Positions 9,801 through 20,551 are shown, counted from the first letter of the stretch. The stretch: DNA of 64,000 nucleotides from an uncultured Actinomycetes bacterium (GCA_964631685.1 CAZVZU010000001.1:128001-192000), one strand, 5' to 3'. Numbers and translations are program-made. Notes: generated by a model not told the origin, from the letters alone.

Positions 9801-10927
9801 ATATCGTTTCAAGGGTTTTTGCAAGATTTACCTTTGACGATAATTTGTTGGTGTTGGAAAGAGCGCATTTCAGGCTTCTTAACGGTTATTTTTCGGCGCA
9901 CGGCGTAGTAAAGTTAAAAAATTTTAGACCGGCATCGTATAATATTAGAACCGATTTTGACTCTGTAATTTATAGGCAGTCCAACTATTTTTATGCCGAC
10001 ATGGACGGAAGTATAGGATATGACGGTGGCGCAGATCATGGAACCGTGTACGGAGATATTAATGTAAAAAAGGCTCTATATAACAAGAATATAGAACTTT
10101 CATCATTTCTTCTGAGCTATAAAAAATATAACATAATTAACCCAGTGGCTAAGAAAGGAGCATTTAATCCTAAACTAAATATATTAGTTAAATCAGATAA
10201 AAGTATTTTTATCAAAAATGATTTTATAAATACTACATTTAGTCTTAATTCCCATGTTATGGGAACCCTTTATTATCCTGTCTTGATTGGAACTGCCAGC
10301 GCTGAAAGTGGAGACATATATTTTAGAGGAACGAAGTTTAGACTTTCATATGCTAACATATATTTTAATAATCCTTATAGGATAAACCCTACTTTTGTCA
10401 TTGCCGCAAATACCGATATAAATCAATATGTCGTGAGAATGAACGCAAGAGGGTCTCTTTTAAACTTTAATATTAATTTTTCATCAACACCCCCACTTTC
10501 AGAGCTGGATATTGTTTCTATGTTGGCGATAGGTGCACCTGCAAGCTCTGTTTATGCCGGTTCTGCAGGAAGTATAGCTGCATCGGAAGTCGCATCGGCT
10601 ATCGGCGGGAGCGTCACTGAAAGTATAACCGGCGCTATTTCAAGCTATTTTGGATTTAAAAATCTTTCCGTTATTCCGTCTTATTCGGCTATAACCCATA
10701 GTACTGCGCCTCAAATTATGGTGACAAAAAATATAACTAAAAAAATATCTATCTCTTATAGTAATATAATATCCTCGCAATCGTCACAATCCGTGACCCT
10801 CACATACAAACTTACGCCGCATATGTCCGCGATAGGTGTCTGGGAAAATAACGAACTCACCCCGAATCATTCTAATATATATAGCGAAGTCGGTGGCAAC
10901 ATCGTTTTTCATTTTAGATTTTATTAA
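6818..10927 (+). CDS. tamB: TamB/AsmA-like translocation and assembly module protein
   Basis: N-terminal TM anchor, long beta-rich body, C-terminal SSTPPLSELDIVSML motif; directly upstream of an Omp85 gene. Confidence 0.8.
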   Translation: MKLKSLYLPLKKRFNLVLFIFFLSIVLSSVTITLFVISPYFASRVKSYISIRLTKTLRKKVEIKTLKISIFAPQIVMRGVTIKGVAYADKVNLFFGPLNLFKRQVTVDKIAIIRSKFNILIKNNKIDNYETVNPVIKSLIDMSDFSFISFYVQDIVFHDATLSLDDADRHISLNVAKFNLNIFRKSAFNHLFYGNGVYFNFKIPRIYLYTPHISQIYSSFVYQAHYFNGFIKFNDAQFNGNSFTSTSSGVLYLQKNIHKFLSSFADPLKRASRTKKVVIGDKGKLALLFKKISAIISKINETTVVNFNRLSNVTKNLKIIPIRIKGKLNARLHFTGDFSKKIRASALIHLKNIVFNGGDIKNGLVKCYGDLGNTSNNVLNFTKIDLEIFNGVLKSSGRINFSENNGKFKSILKNIDAGKLIDFYYSENIPQFRSIASGKVTTYLKLGRNFYVTNIEKLILKKPEQQFEFKNKNSKTIIYSINYGKPALVKGSVIIDSKRVILQDIHVSSTQLNGVLNGHIDYNKNYLNIKFDATYNKLPTINFVEAAESRYFKPAGSGVMDGIIAGKFDSVSFYFKNRFKSLFINKYMDDYKGVTNVYVTPSGDVVFKKIDLEEKSHKFKKGTINFNGRIYESKILKTSYISGIFKTKNIHIFSKKEPLPLSLYLSSKSNINGRLAKFAINIQAHIKKVYAYGQSASNVNLHAMLTKNNLEIKRLVGTHDGARFSIHGMLRFKSSHDHHFNYNLQLLSNGNRLSNFNLKLFNKYHIKGIAYANLHIGGLFALPNISGKVVVKKIYINSYSLGDINIGISSSKSRMILHLSALKNSVKTKVDVLLKKGYPYRFTTGINLVNINYRKTILSLSGGIYGAGKMSDIKNSDLFAKFGRLYLKHSHFFLKNTKNIMISYANRVLNINGFKLKGGNNYIQIGGTVTSRKYNLVINDKTDLWVLGLISNKIINASGFLNGSAVIFGHRSHPKVYGFVEVKKGSAEMSVNPNYIVSRVFARFTFDDNLLVLERAHFRLLNGYFSAHGVVKLKNFRPASYNIRTDFDSVIYRQSNYFYADMDGSIGYDGGADHGTVYGDINVKKALYNKNIELSSFLLSYKKYNIINPVAKKGAFNPKLNILVKSDKSIFIKNDFINTTFSLNSHVMGTLYYPVLIGTASAESGDIYFRGTKFRLSYANIYFNNPYRINPTFVIAANTDINQYVVRMNARGSLLNFNINFSSTPPLSELDIVSMLAIGAPASSVYAGSAGSIAASEVASAIGGSVTESITGAISSYFGFKNLSVIPSYSAITHSTAPQIMVTKNITKKISISYSNIISSQSSQSVTLTYKLTPHMSAIGVWENNELTPNHSNIYSEVGGNIVFHFRFY

Positions 10928-11035
10928 AAAAGTGTTAAAATTTAAGCGAGTTCTCGCTTTGTCATAAAAACAACGGCTATAGTGATAATTTTTATTTATA
11001 TTTACCGCTCATATTATTTATACATATTACATACA

Positions 11036-13870
11036 ATGCTCAAGTTTAGCCATTTAAAAAATATCACCGCGTTACTTTTCTTGATATTATTTTGTATTGA
11101 TTTCTTTGCTTTCGGGTATTTACCTGGTGCTACAGCCTCCGGTTTATCTGACATTACCGCAAATCATAGTATATATAACATTCCATCTGAACGATATAGG
11201 GTTAAGTCTGTAGACTATCTATTACCGCGGGATATTCCTATCCGAGATATTGAAAATCTTTTTTTAATAAAAAGTGGGCAGATGTTTTCAATGTATCGTC
11301 TTGAAAAAACCATAAAAATGCTTTATTCCACTAACTATTTTTCTAACATTATGGTTTTTTCAAAGATAAATAGAAAGCAAGAATACATGCACTTAAAATT
11401 TATTTTTGTTCGGCGTGTTTATATAAAGAAAGTGCATGTGAATGGACTTAAGGATACGGATGTACCTGATAAATATATATTAAAATTAATCCCATTGAAG
11501 GATGGCGGCCAATTTTTCAAATACTATAAGAAAAGAAGTATAGGGGCAATAAAAAAGGCAATGTACAGGTTCGGTTATCCGGATGCCAATGTAAATATTT
11601 CATCATATATTTTAAGAAAATTTAAAAAATATGTCATAAATATTAATATAACACCAAATGATCCAGTTATTATTTCAAAAGTTTTTGTTAAATATAAGGT
11701 CTTTTACCCTAAGAAAAAAGTTTTAATGTTTATTAATAGTGTCACAGGAAAGCCTTTGAATAAATTTTTAGTTAAAAAATTGGCAAAACAAATTAAGGCT
11801 ATCTATTACGATAATGGCTACCTTAACGCTGTTATACCTGCGCCTGAAATCAAATACCTTTCAAGGTTTAAAGCCGTTATAATCGTCAAAGTTCACCCTG
11901 GCAACAAGTTTATCTTCCATTTCAAGGGAATCAGTCCATTAAAACCAGATTTCATTAAGGAATCGGTGCTTAATTTTAATAATGTTTTTATATTTAATAA
12001 AGGCATGTTTGCCACGTTTAAGACAGTGCTGACAAATTTTTACGCAAGAAAGGGGTATTTTTACGCAAGGATCCATCTTCGAGTAAAAAAGGATATTAAT
12101 AATAGGACAATAAGCGTGTATTATGTGATAAATAAGGGTTATAGGGTTGCTATCAGGAATATTATCATCAAAGGCAGTGAACCGTTCGGTAAATCAACGA
12201 TATTGTCATTGATGAAAACGCGTGTTACAACTATCTTTGACCACGAATATTTTAATAAAATAAGGCTTGCTGATGATATGGTCAATATAGAAAATTATTA
12301 TAATAACAAGGGTTATGTCACTGCTGAGGTTTCCGATGACTCAATCTTGAGTAAAGATAAAAAGAGCGTGATCGTAAGGGTTGTTATAAAGAAAGGGATT
12401 AGGACTTATGTAAAAAATATTACTATAACCGGTTTACCGCCCGATAGTAAGACGAAAGATTTAATTGGCTACTTTAACAGCATGCGGAATAAGCCGTTTT
12501 ATATCATTAAGGCAGAGAATGGTAAGAACCTACTTTCCACAAGGCTTGCAAATTCAGGGTATGTTTTTTCAAAAGTGCGCCTTCGTGTTAAATATGGGAA
12601 AACTAAAAATGGTAGATATGTCTATCTGCATTATGATATCGAAAGTGGTCCGCTTACGAGGATTAACCATATAATAATACTAGGAAACACAGTTACACAG
12701 ACGGCTTATATTAAGGGATTTCTTTTGTTTAAAAAAGGAGAAATTTATAATCAAAAAAATATAATTGAAACACAAAATAGGTTATACAGAGCGGGGATAT
12801 TTAATTATGTGAGTATTAATATCGAAAACCCACAAAATATTGAGCCGTATAAAAATATAATCGTTAAAGTGAAAGATGCAAAGTCTGTTTTTTTAAATTT
12901 TGGCGCAGGTTATGGAACATATGTCAGATATAGGGGATTTGCGCAGATTGAGGATAGTAATCTTCTAGGTTCAGGTAAATCTTTGTCTGCTATATTTTCT
13001 GAAAGTTCTATTTATACAAATTTACTTTTAGACTATTACGACCCCGCTATTTATAACTACAGAGGTCTTGCTTTTAATGTTAAGGGATTAGATACCGATA
13101 TCATTACCTTAAATTATAGACTCCATAAAGAAGGTGGCATTTTTTCTTTAATAAGGCGGTTTAACGCTAATCTAAAGGGATTATTCTCATATGAAATATT
13201 TTATAACACTCTGTCCGGCTTGAACCCTGGCGCACAGACTAACACGAGGGATATAGGATTTACTAAAATAGACGCTATTTCGTCATCCGTTATTTATAAT
13301 ACCAAAAACAATATGTTAAATCCTACTTCGGGAATTCTAACTACGTTAAAACTGACTTACTCTGCCTCATTATTAGGATCTCAGATAAATTTTGTAAAAT
13401 TATTTTTTCATACCGAGCAGTTTATTCCGTTTATTTTTCACACAGTGTTCTTGTATTCCCTACGTCTCGGCTATATTAAACCCCTATCGCCAACTACTCG
13501 TGTACCTATAGATGAAAGATTTTTTTTGGGTGGAAGAACTACGGTTAGAGGATTTCCGCAGGATTCGATAGGGCTTATAGGTTTAAATTCTTATCATTAC
13601 CCTATTGGTGGGGATATCATGGAGAACTATAATCTTCAGCTAAATATTCCGGTTTACGGTGGTTTTAATTTTTTTATATTTCAAGATGGTGGAAATGTGT
13701 TCTCGAATATTCGAAAACTTAGCCTGTTTGCTTTGTATAAATCGGTCGGGGCAGGTATAATGTATATGTCTCCAATAGGACCTGTTAGTTTTTCTTATGG
13801 TTTTATTCTAAATAGAAAACCTTATTGGCCCTCGGGTGGGATTAATTTTACGATTGGCACATCTTTTTGA
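11036..13870 (+). CDS. Omp85-family outer-membrane protein (BamA/TamA-like) with multiple POTRA domains; ATG 11036 preferred over GTG 10982
   Basis: POTRA-like YxxxGY repeats, FFLGGRTTVRGF barrel motif, SPIGP, terminal Phe. Confidence 0.88.
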   Translation: MLKFSHLKNITALLFLILFCIDFFAFGYLPGATASGLSDITANHSIYNIPSERYRVKSVDYLLPRDIPIRDIENLFLIKSGQMFSMYRLEKTIKMLYSTNYFSNIMVFSKINRKQEYMHLKFIFVRRVYIKKVHVNGLKDTDVPDKYILKLIPLKDGGQFFKYYKKRSIGAIKKAMYRFGYPDANVNISSYILRKFKKYVININITPNDPVIISKVFVKYKVFYPKKKVLMFINSVTGKPLNKFLVKKLAKQIKAIYYDNGYLNAVIPAPEIKYLSRFKAVIIVKVHPGNKFIFHFKGISPLKPDFIKESVLNFNNVFIFNKGMFATFKTVLTNFYARKGYFYARIHLRVKKDINNRTISVYYVINKGYRVAIRNIIIKGSEPFGKSTILSLMKTRVTTIFDHEYFNKIRLADDMVNIENYYNNKGYVTAEVSDDSILSKDKKSVIVRVVIKKGIRTYVKNITITGLPPDSKTKDLIGYFNSMRNKPFYIIKAENGKNLLSTRLANSGYVFSKVRLRVKYGKTKNGRYVYLHYDIESGPLTRINHIIILGNTVTQTAYIKGFLLFKKGEIYNQKNIIETQNRLYRAGIFNYVSINIENPQNIEPYKNIIVKVKDAKSVFLNFGAGYGTYVRYRGFAQIEDSNLLGSGKSLSAIFSESSIYTNLLLDYYDPAIYNYRGLAFNVKGLDTDIITLNYRLHKEGGIFSLIRRFNANLKGLFSYEIFYNTLSGLNPGAQTNTRDIGFTKIDAISSSVIYNTKNNMLNPTSGILTTLKLTYSASLLGSQINFVKLFFHTEQFIPFIFHTVFLYSLRLGYIKPLSPTTRVPIDERFFLGGRTTVRGFPQDSIGLIGLNSYHYPIGGDIMENYNLQLNIPVYGGFNFFIFQDGGNVFSNIRKLSLFALYKSVGAGIMYMSPIGPVSFSYGFILNRKPYWPSGGINFTIGTSF

Positions 13871-13880
13871 ATTGAAATTA

Positions 13881-15245
13881 ATGAAAATCAGTAAAAATGG
13901 ATTAAAAAAGGGATTTTCTACCGGGAGCGTGAGCACTGCGGCTATAAAAGCCTCGTTAAGATATTATTTTAAGCGGCAAGAATTTTTGGATATTAAAATA
14001 AATATGCCGGGTGAAGAATATGTTTCGCTTGGCGTTACAAGGCTTTTTGGCGGAAAATTTGGACTTTCTACTGCCGTAGTAATCAAGGATTCAGGCGATG
14101 ACCCTGACGTTACAAATGGTATAAAAATATGCGCCGATTTTATGACAATATGCGATGCAAACAATATTGTTGATATGTTTTTTAAGGAATTAGGGCAGAG
14201 TGCAAGTATCGTTGGCAATGATAAAAATGATAATACGACGTTATGTTTATATGAAAAAATAAGCAGGGCAATAATGGATCGATTGCCGAGGGATATGAAA
14301 AAATATTATGAAAAATTATATATTTATAATATAATAAAGCACTCTGGGTTTATGCTTGTATTGGCATCTTCTATCGGTATCGGTATAGTCGGTAGGCGCG
14401 GTTTGCCGGTCAAGCCCGGTTTTCCCGCCATTAATCCAATTCCATCTAAGATGATAGAGTGGGCGGTGAAAGAAGAGATAGACTCTTTGAGGGGCGGACG
14501 GGTAATCAAAAAACAATTAAATGACGCTTCTCGCGTGTGGTTGTCCGTTCTTTACATTCCGGACGGTGCTGTTGTTGCAGAAAAAACATTAAATCCAAGG
14601 TTGGGTATTAATGGCGGAATTAGTGTTTTAGGGACTACCGGTTATGTTATCCCGATATCCACTAAAGCGTGGCTAGAGACTATAAAAGCATCGCTTGTTT
14701 TCTTGTCAGAGAATGGGATTGAGGAATGTATATATACGCCCGGAAGGTTTAGTGAAAAAATAGCTATAAAGCTATTTAAAGATATGCCAAAGGAAAGTTT
14801 TATAGAAATAGGAGATTATGTGTCTTATTCTCTAAGGAAGGCCGGTCAACATGCTATAAAAAAGATTATTTTTGTAGGGCAATTCGGAAAAATAGTAAAG
14901 ATTTTACAGGGAGCAAGAAATACAAACGCTAAATATGGCAGTTTAGATTTAGGATATTTAAGCGCTTCGGTAAGGGCAACTTTAGAAGAATATACAGATA
15001 TGTCCGATAGCTTTATTGGCGATTTATGTAATAAAATAACAAATTCTAATACGTCAAGACAGGCATACGGTTATATTTTGTCACTTTCTGATCTCAATGC
15101 GTCGTTGCCGAATAGGATTTTTTATAATGTTATAAGAACAGCAAGGAAAAATTTAATTAGAATGGCAGGAAAACTGATAAATGTTGATATTGTGCTTCTA
15201 TCATATGAAGGCAAAAGTTTAGTTTCCACATTAAATTACTCATAA
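13881..15245 (+). CDS. cbiD: Cobalt-precorrin-5B C1-methyltransferase
   Basis: LKKGFSTGS, KDSGDDPDVTNG, TLNPRLGINGGISVLGTTG; start chosen at ATG 13881. Confidence 0.93.
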   Translation: MKISKNGLKKGFSTGSVSTAAIKASLRYYFKRQEFLDIKINMPGEEYVSLGVTRLFGGKFGLSTAVVIKDSGDDPDVTNGIKICADFMTICDANNIVDMFFKELGQSASIVGNDKNDNTTLCLYEKISRAIMDRLPRDMKKYYEKLYIYNIIKHSGFMLVLASSIGIGIVGRRGLPVKPGFPAINPIPSKMIEWAVKEEIDSLRGGRVIKKQLNDASRVWLSVLYIPDGAVVAEKTLNPRLGINGGISVLGTTGYVIPISTKAWLETIKASLVFLSENGIEECIYTPGRFSEKIAIKLFKDMPKESFIEIGDYVSYSLRKAGQHAIKKIIFVGQFGKIVKILQGARNTNAKYGSLDLGYLSASVRATLEEYTDMSDSFIGDLCNKITNSNTSRQAYGYILSLSDLNASLPNRIFYNVIRTARKNLIRMAGKLINVDIVLLSYEGKSLVSTLNYS

Positions 15246-15289
15246 GGGATCTCTCGTTGCGTGAGAGTGGCAGGATAAGGAGAATAGAA

Positions 15290-16771
15290 ATGGCTAAAAA
15301 GGTTCATGTATTAGGAATTTTGCCATGCTACATAGAAAACGGCAAAAAAATAGCCCTGCGTTTATTTACAGATAAGACTGAACGAGTAGATGTCGTGTTT
15401 GCAAGACAAGGGGACATAGGCGTGTTAGAATGGCTCAAGGAACAGCTTTCTGCCATTAACAAGGGTATAAATATTGAACGAAGTGGAAAATTGACACATA
15501 TAAACAATGCTATGATATTTTACGATAGCAAGGTCGGATTCATATTTGATTACATAAAAGAAAACATCGGCAAAAAAAATATCCTTGTATTCGCAGACGG
15601 AGACCCAAATTTTTTTGGAATAGGCGGGGGTATTTTAAATGAATTAAAAGCGAATGAAAAAAGATTAGTTGAAATATATCCGTCCTTTAACTTTATGCAG
15701 ATAGGGTTTTCCAAGCTGAAAATATCAATGACAGACTCATATATTGTTAGTCTTCACGGGCGGAATTTAAGAAACCTGTACGATGCTTTATATTCACAAA
15801 AAGACAGTATAGGTATTTACACAGATAGCATTAATACGCCACATAAAATATACGCAGAACTAGAAGAAAAAGGCTTTATAGATGAGTTTAATTTTTATGT
15901 ATTAGCCGATTTATGCTCCAAAAACGAAAAGATATATAAAAGCTTTACGAAAGAAATATTTGAAAGTTTATCCAATAGAAAAAATATAGTCATAATTGAA
16001 AAGAAAAGGACGGTTAAAACAAAAAAAAACAATGAGCTTAATTTTAAAAGCAGATTTCATGGTCGATCTCAGAATAAAAAAGGGAATCCAAAACAAAATC
16101 GTATTTTTGGTATTGAGGATGAAGAATATTTTTATTTGGCTGGAGAACCTACTAAAAAGGAGATTAGAGCAATAAGTATAAGCATGATGAACCTGAAAAA
16201 GGATTCTGTTATAATAGATGCTGGATGTGGTAGTGGAAGTATTAGCATAGAGGCTTCTGCAATATCCGACGGCGGTATCGTATATGCTATTGACAAAAAC
16301 GAAGCCAAGATTGAAAATCTCAAAAAAAATATAAAAAAATTTCAAAGGCCTAATATAGTTCCTATATTAGGCAGATTACCAGAAACATTTCACATGTTTA
16401 AAAAGGCGGATAATATCGATATTTTTACGCCGGATGCTGTGTTTATAGGGGGAGGAAGCAAGGATCTTGAAAATATTCTTACAGAATCGTTTCGTGTATT
16501 AAATAATGATGGCGCTGTTGTGGTGAACAGTATATTGTTAAGTTCGTTTAACAATGTGATGTCTTATATTAATAAATTCAATCTTAGTAATAAAAGCAAA
16601 ATTAGGATTAAGTATGATGTTATAACCGTCAATATCTCAAGGCTAAAAACAATCAATGAATCTGATTCCTACTTTCATCCTCTCAATCAGATTTATATTA
16701 CCAGGTTGGTTAAATATAGTAAAACAGGTTTTAAATTTGAAAATAAAAATATAAAGCCTTCTTCCCCTTGA
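15290..16771 (+). CDS. cbiET: Fused CbiE/CbiT precorrin-6B methyltransferase/decarboxylase
   Basis: GDPNFFGIG and VSLHGR (CbiE); TKKEIRA, DAGCGSGSISIE, PDAVFIGGG (CbiT); AGGAG before ATG 15290. Confidence 0.9.
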   Translation: MAKKVHVLGILPCYIENGKKIALRLFTDKTERVDVVFARQGDIGVLEWLKEQLSAINKGINIERSGKLTHINNAMIFYDSKVGFIFDYIKENIGKKNILVFADGDPNFFGIGGGILNELKANEKRLVEIYPSFNFMQIGFSKLKISMTDSYIVSLHGRNLRNLYDALYSQKDSIGIYTDSINTPHKIYAELEEKGFIDEFNFYVLADLCSKNEKIYKSFTKEIFESLSNRKNIVIIEKKRTVKTKKNNELNFKSRFHGRSQNKKGNPKQNRIFGIEDEEYFYLAGEPTKKEIRAISISMMNLKKDSVIIDAGCGSGSISIEASAISDGGIVYAIDKNEAKIENLKKNIKKFQRPNIVPILGRLPETFHMFKKADNIDIFTPDAVFIGGGSKDLENILTESFRVLNNDGAVVVNSILLSSFNNVMSYINKFNLSNKSKIRIKYDVITVNISRLKTINESDSYFHPLNQIYITRLVKYSKTGFKFENKNIKPSSP

Positions 16772-16802
16772 TAATACTGGGTTATGGCAGGAGTGTGCAG
16801 TC

Positions 16803-17615
16803 ATTGATAAGTTAAATGTATTAAATGCCGTCGGCGTAGGAACAGGAGACCCCGAGTTACTTACAATAAAAGCCATTAACGCCCTTAAGGGTAGCGATTT
16901 TATATTTTATCCAGCGGTAATTTCCGGGCAAAATAAGATTGCTTACGATATCCTGAAAGGTGTTATGGATTTGCCTGGGCAGGGAGATTGGACAATTACA
17001 GAAGATAGGCTAATTCCTCTTGATGTCGAAATGAAGATGTCCAGGGGCAGAAATAGCGATCTTTATAAGGGTAATGCGTTAAGTATTATAAATAAATTAA
17101 AAGAAGGAGTTTGTTCTTATATAACAGTCGGCGACCCTATGTTCTACAGTACGTTTTGGGGTTTGTATAATGCTGTTAAAAATGAAGCGGCAGAAAATAA
17201 TACAAATTTAAAAATCAATATTATCAGCGGAATATCATCTTTTAATTATTCTTTGAATTTAATTGGCGAGCCTTATATAATAAAGAACAGTTCGGTTTTT
17301 ATAACGGTTCCCATCGGTAAGGGTTTAAAAGAAACGAAAGATGAGATAAATTTTATGGCGACAAAAATTGCAAAACCTCAGGTTATTATATTTATGAAAG
17401 CGGGCGCGTATGTACAAAATATTTTAGAAATTTTTAAAAATTTATATTACGATAGTTTTCGCAAAGGAAAGTTAAGATTATATTTGATAGAAAAATCAAA
17501 ACTTTTAGACGATTTTTGTGATAGCGAACTAAACATTATTAGAGCAAATACGAATAGAGAAGATTTAGGGATTAAATTTGATTATTTTTCTATTCTGATA
17601 GGTGTGTTTTTATGA
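16803..17615 (+). CDS. cbiL: Cobalt-precorrin-2 C20-methyltransferase; start probably non-canonical (ATT 16803)
   Basis: Frame extends upstream of ATG 16965 with LNAVGVGTGDPELLTIKA; GDPMFYSTF and GISS motifs. Confidence 0.85.
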   Translation: MDKLNVLNAVGVGTGDPELLTIKAINALKGSDFIFYPAVISGQNKIAYDILKGVMDLPGQGDWTITEDRLIPLDVEMKMSRGRNSDLYKGNALSIINKLKEGVCSYITVGDPMFYSTFWGLYNAVKNEAAENNTNLKINIISGISSFNYSLNLIGEPYIIKNSSVFITVPIGKGLKETKDEINFMATKIAKPQVIIFMKAGAYVQNILEIFKNLYYDSFRKGKLRLYLIEKSKLLDDFCDSELNIIRANTNREDLGIKFDYFSILIGVFL

Positions 17616-18415
17616 GTATTAAAGAGACCAGAAAAGCACCAAAAGTATATTTTGTGGGTGCGGGACCTGGAGATCCTGAGCTTTTGACCGTAAAAGCATA
17701 TAATATATTGAAAAAATCCGATGTAGTTTTTTATGCAGGTTCTTTAATTAACCCCGAAATGCTCGAAATATTCAAACGTGATGTTTTACTTGTAGACATG
17801 AAGGGCCTTAATTTTGAGGAAATAAGGGACAAATTTAATAGTGTTATTGAATCAAAGGGTAGTAATATTGTAAGTATACTTCATGCCGGTGACTCCTCTA
17901 TTTATTCATCAATTAACGAGCAGATGGCCTATATCGAACAGATGGGGATAAATTATGAAATTATTCCCGGCGTTACGGCTGCCTTTGCGGCTAGTGCCGC
18001 AAATGGGTCAATAATGACGCTGCCGGACGTGTCGCAGACGGTTATATTGTGCAGGGGTGCTGGGAGAACGGGAGAGATGCCTGAAGGGCAAGACTTAAAA
18101 AGTCTTGCGGCGCACAATGCGACTATGGCTATATATTTAAGCTTCGGAATAATAGAATCCGTGGCTAAAGACCTTCTTGGATGCTATCCTTTAGATACTC
18201 CATGTTTAATAGCTAAGGATGTTTCGCTCAAAAGTGAACTTTTGATAAACTGTTCATTAAAAGACTTAGTTAAAACAACACACGGTTACGCTATAAAAAA
18301 TATGGCGGTGCTGATTATAGGCAAAGCATTAAAAGGAAAATATCACGAAAAGAATAGGTCAAGGTTATATGATAAGAGTTTTTCGCACTCGTTCAGGCTT
18401 AAAAAAGACTGTTAA
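17612..18415 (+). CDS. cbiF: Cobalt-precorrin-4 C11-methyltransferase
   Basis: VYFVGAGPGDPELLTVK, YAGSL, SQTVI, RSRLYDKSFSHSFR. Confidence 0.95.
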   Translation: MSIKETRKAPKVYFVGAGPGDPELLTVKAYNILKKSDVVFYAGSLINPEMLEIFKRDVLLVDMKGLNFEEIRDKFNSVIESKGSNIVSILHAGDSSIYSSINEQMAYIEQMGINYEIIPGVTAAFAASAANGSIMTLPDVSQTVILCRGAGRTGEMPEGQDLKSLAAHNATMAIYLSFGIIESVAKDLLGCYPLDTPCLIAKDVSLKSELLINCSLKDLVKTTHGYAIKNMAVLIIGKALKGKYHEKNRSRLYDKSFSHSFRLKKDC

Positions 18416-19748
18416 AAAAGTTAGCCTAGTAGAAAATAGAGAGCCTATTGGTATGACTACGAATGTCGCTCTTATCCCATTTTCCAACAACAGCCTATTA
18501 TTGGCATTAATGATTTCCAAGGGCATTTATGAGTCGGCCGGTGTTAATGCCGGTATTGTCAATATAAAGATATTTATTAAAAGATCAAAAAAGGACTTAA
18601 TTCTTGCCGCTAACGAGGGTTTATGTGAAATTTTTAAATATGAATCCGGGATTGAAGATAATTGTTCAATTAGCGTAACTGTTTACGATTATTCATGTAA
18701 TGATTTATTGGGTAACCTGTTTAGCAGATTTGATTTTATAGTATTTTTTTTGGCGATAGGGGCGACGGTAAGGCTTATTGCTCCATATATTAAAGACAAG
18801 CTAACCGATCCGGGTATTGTCGTGATAGATGAACTTGGTAAGTTTGCCATTAGTCTGTTGTCAGGACATATCGGAGGGGGAAACGAGTTTACTAAAAAGG
18901 TCGCTAATTTTTTGGATGCAACGCCGATTATAACGACGGCAACAGATGTTTTGGAGAGATTTTCTATTGATGTGTTCGCTAAGAGATTTGATTTTTTCAT
19001 AGAGGAACCCAAAAAAAAGATAAAGTCGTTCAATAAAGCCTCTTTGAATGGCGAGAGATTTGTTGTTTATGTAAACGATGCCGAGTTGAATTTTAAAAAT
19101 TATTTAAGAGAATTAAAACCTTATATCGCAAGCTATTTAAAGGAAGAAGATTTTACATTCATAACATGCGCGTCAAAATTTAAAGAATACAGAGATAAGC
19201 ATACGAGTAATTTCAAAGGGCAGGGTAGTGTAGCTAGTAGTGGTTCGGATGATTTGTATAAATTTAATTTAATCGTTATTTCCAGGCTACTTAACTTAGA
19301 AGAATTGCGCGGGTTAATCGGGGTCAATTGCGCTATTTTAAGACCGAAGGACCTTGTTATCGGTATAGGTTGCAATAGGAATACCGATTCTAACGAGATA
19401 GACGAGTTTATCTCATCTATATTTTACAAGTACAATTTATCTTTAAATAGTGTGCGGAATATTGCCACTATAGATATTAAAAGCGATGAAAATGGTATTT
19501 TGCAATGCTTGAAGGATTATGCGAGGTTTATAGACTTTTATACAAAAGAAGAAATTAATCTATTCATGGAAGAACATAGTGGCATCAAAGGTGATACACT
19601 TGTAATTTTTAAAAAAACGGCAGCCTATAAGCACACGGGCGCTTACTCTGTTTGTGAGCCCTGCGCCCTTTTATCGGCTAATAACTCGGAGTTTTTAATA
19701 TGCAAGAAAAAGAAGGGAAATGTGACCATGGCGGTAGCGGTCGTATAA
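18369..19748 (+). CDS. cbiG: Cobalt-precorrin-5A hydrolase (true start possibly ATG 18453)
   Basis: GATVRLIAP, DPGIVVIDE, SLLSGHIGGGN, ITTATD, GIGC, SVCEPCA. Confidence 0.92.
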   Translation: MIRVFRTRSGLKKTVKKVSLVENREPIGMTTNVALIPFSNNSLLLALMISKGIYESAGVNAGIVNIKIFIKRSKKDLILAANEGLCEIFKYESGIEDNCSISVTVYDYSCNDLLGNLFSRFDFIVFFLAIGATVRLIAPYIKDKLTDPGIVVIDELGKFAISLLSGHIGGGNEFTKKVANFLDATPIITTATDVLERFSIDVFAKRFDFFIEEPKKKIKSFNKASLNGERFVVYVNDAELNFKNYLRELKPYIASYLKEEDFTFITCASKFKEYRDKHTSNFKGQGSVASSGSDDLYKFNLIVISRLLNLEELRGLIGVNCAILRPKDLVIGIGCNRNTDSNEIDEFISSIFYKYNLSLNSVRNIATIDIKSDENGILQCLKDYARFIDFYTKEEINLFMEEHSGIKGDTLVIFKKTAAYKHTGAYSVCEPCALLSANNSEFLICKKKKGNVTMAVAVV

Positions 19749-20551
19749 ATAAGGAAGATGTAGCTGAAACAGGGGATACCACTATTTTTGGTAAGATAAC
19801 GGTTATAGGAACAGGGCCGGGGAATATTGACCATTTAAGCAAAAAAGCATTTGAATCAATAAAAAATGCTCAAACGATAATAGGATATTCGTCGTATCTT
19901 AAACGGATAGACGGCATCTTAAACGAAGGTCAGGAAAAATTATTATTTAATATGAAAGATGAGATTAAAAGATGCGGCGTAGCCGTCAATAAATCTATGG
20001 AGGGTAGGGATGTTGCGCTTATTTCCGGCGGGGATGCGGGTATTTACGGCATGAGCGCCCTGCTTTTAGAGATTGTCGACAAAAAATCTCTGATTGGAAA
20101 GATTCCTATTGATTTCATTCCTGGGATACCCGCTTTTTGCGCAGCCGCATGTTCTGTTGGGGCGCCAATAACTAATGACTTTTGCGTGGTCTCTTTATCT
20201 GATCTCTTGACGCCTTGGAAGGATATTGAGAAGAGGTTAGAAGCGGCTTCTTCTGGAGATTTTGTGATAATACTTTATAATCCGAAGAGCGCTAAAAGAA
20301 GGAACGGACTTACGGTTGCAAAGGACATACTGCTTGGCAATATTATCAAAAGCAGGCCTATCGCTATTGTTAAGTCTGTTACAAGGGTTGACGAGGAGAT
20401 TGTCATTACAACATTAGAAGACATGGATAAGTTTGATATCGTGAACATGAATACTACAATTATAATCGGAAACAGTAGTAGTTATGTAAAAGATTTTTTT
20501 ATGATAACGAGAAGGGGTTACAGCAATAAATATGATTTGAGTAAGATTTAA
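19700..20551 (+). CDS. cbiH: Precorrin-3B C17-methyltransferase
   Basis: [35 protein letters not shown]. Confidence 0.94.
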   Translation: MQEKEGKCDHGGSGRINKEDVAETGDTTIFGKITVIGTGPGNIDHLSKKAFESIKNAQTIIGYSSYLKRIDGILNEGQEKLLFNMKDEIKRCGVAVNKSMEGRDVALISGGDAGIYGMSALLLEIVDKKSLIGKIPIDFIPGIPAFCAAACSVGAPITNDFCVVSLSDLLTPWKDIEKRLEAASSGDFVIILYNPKSAKRRNGLTVAKDILLGNIIKSRPIAIVKSVTRVDEEIVITTLEDMDKFDIVNMNTTIIIGNSSSYVKDFFMITRRGYSNKYDLSKI

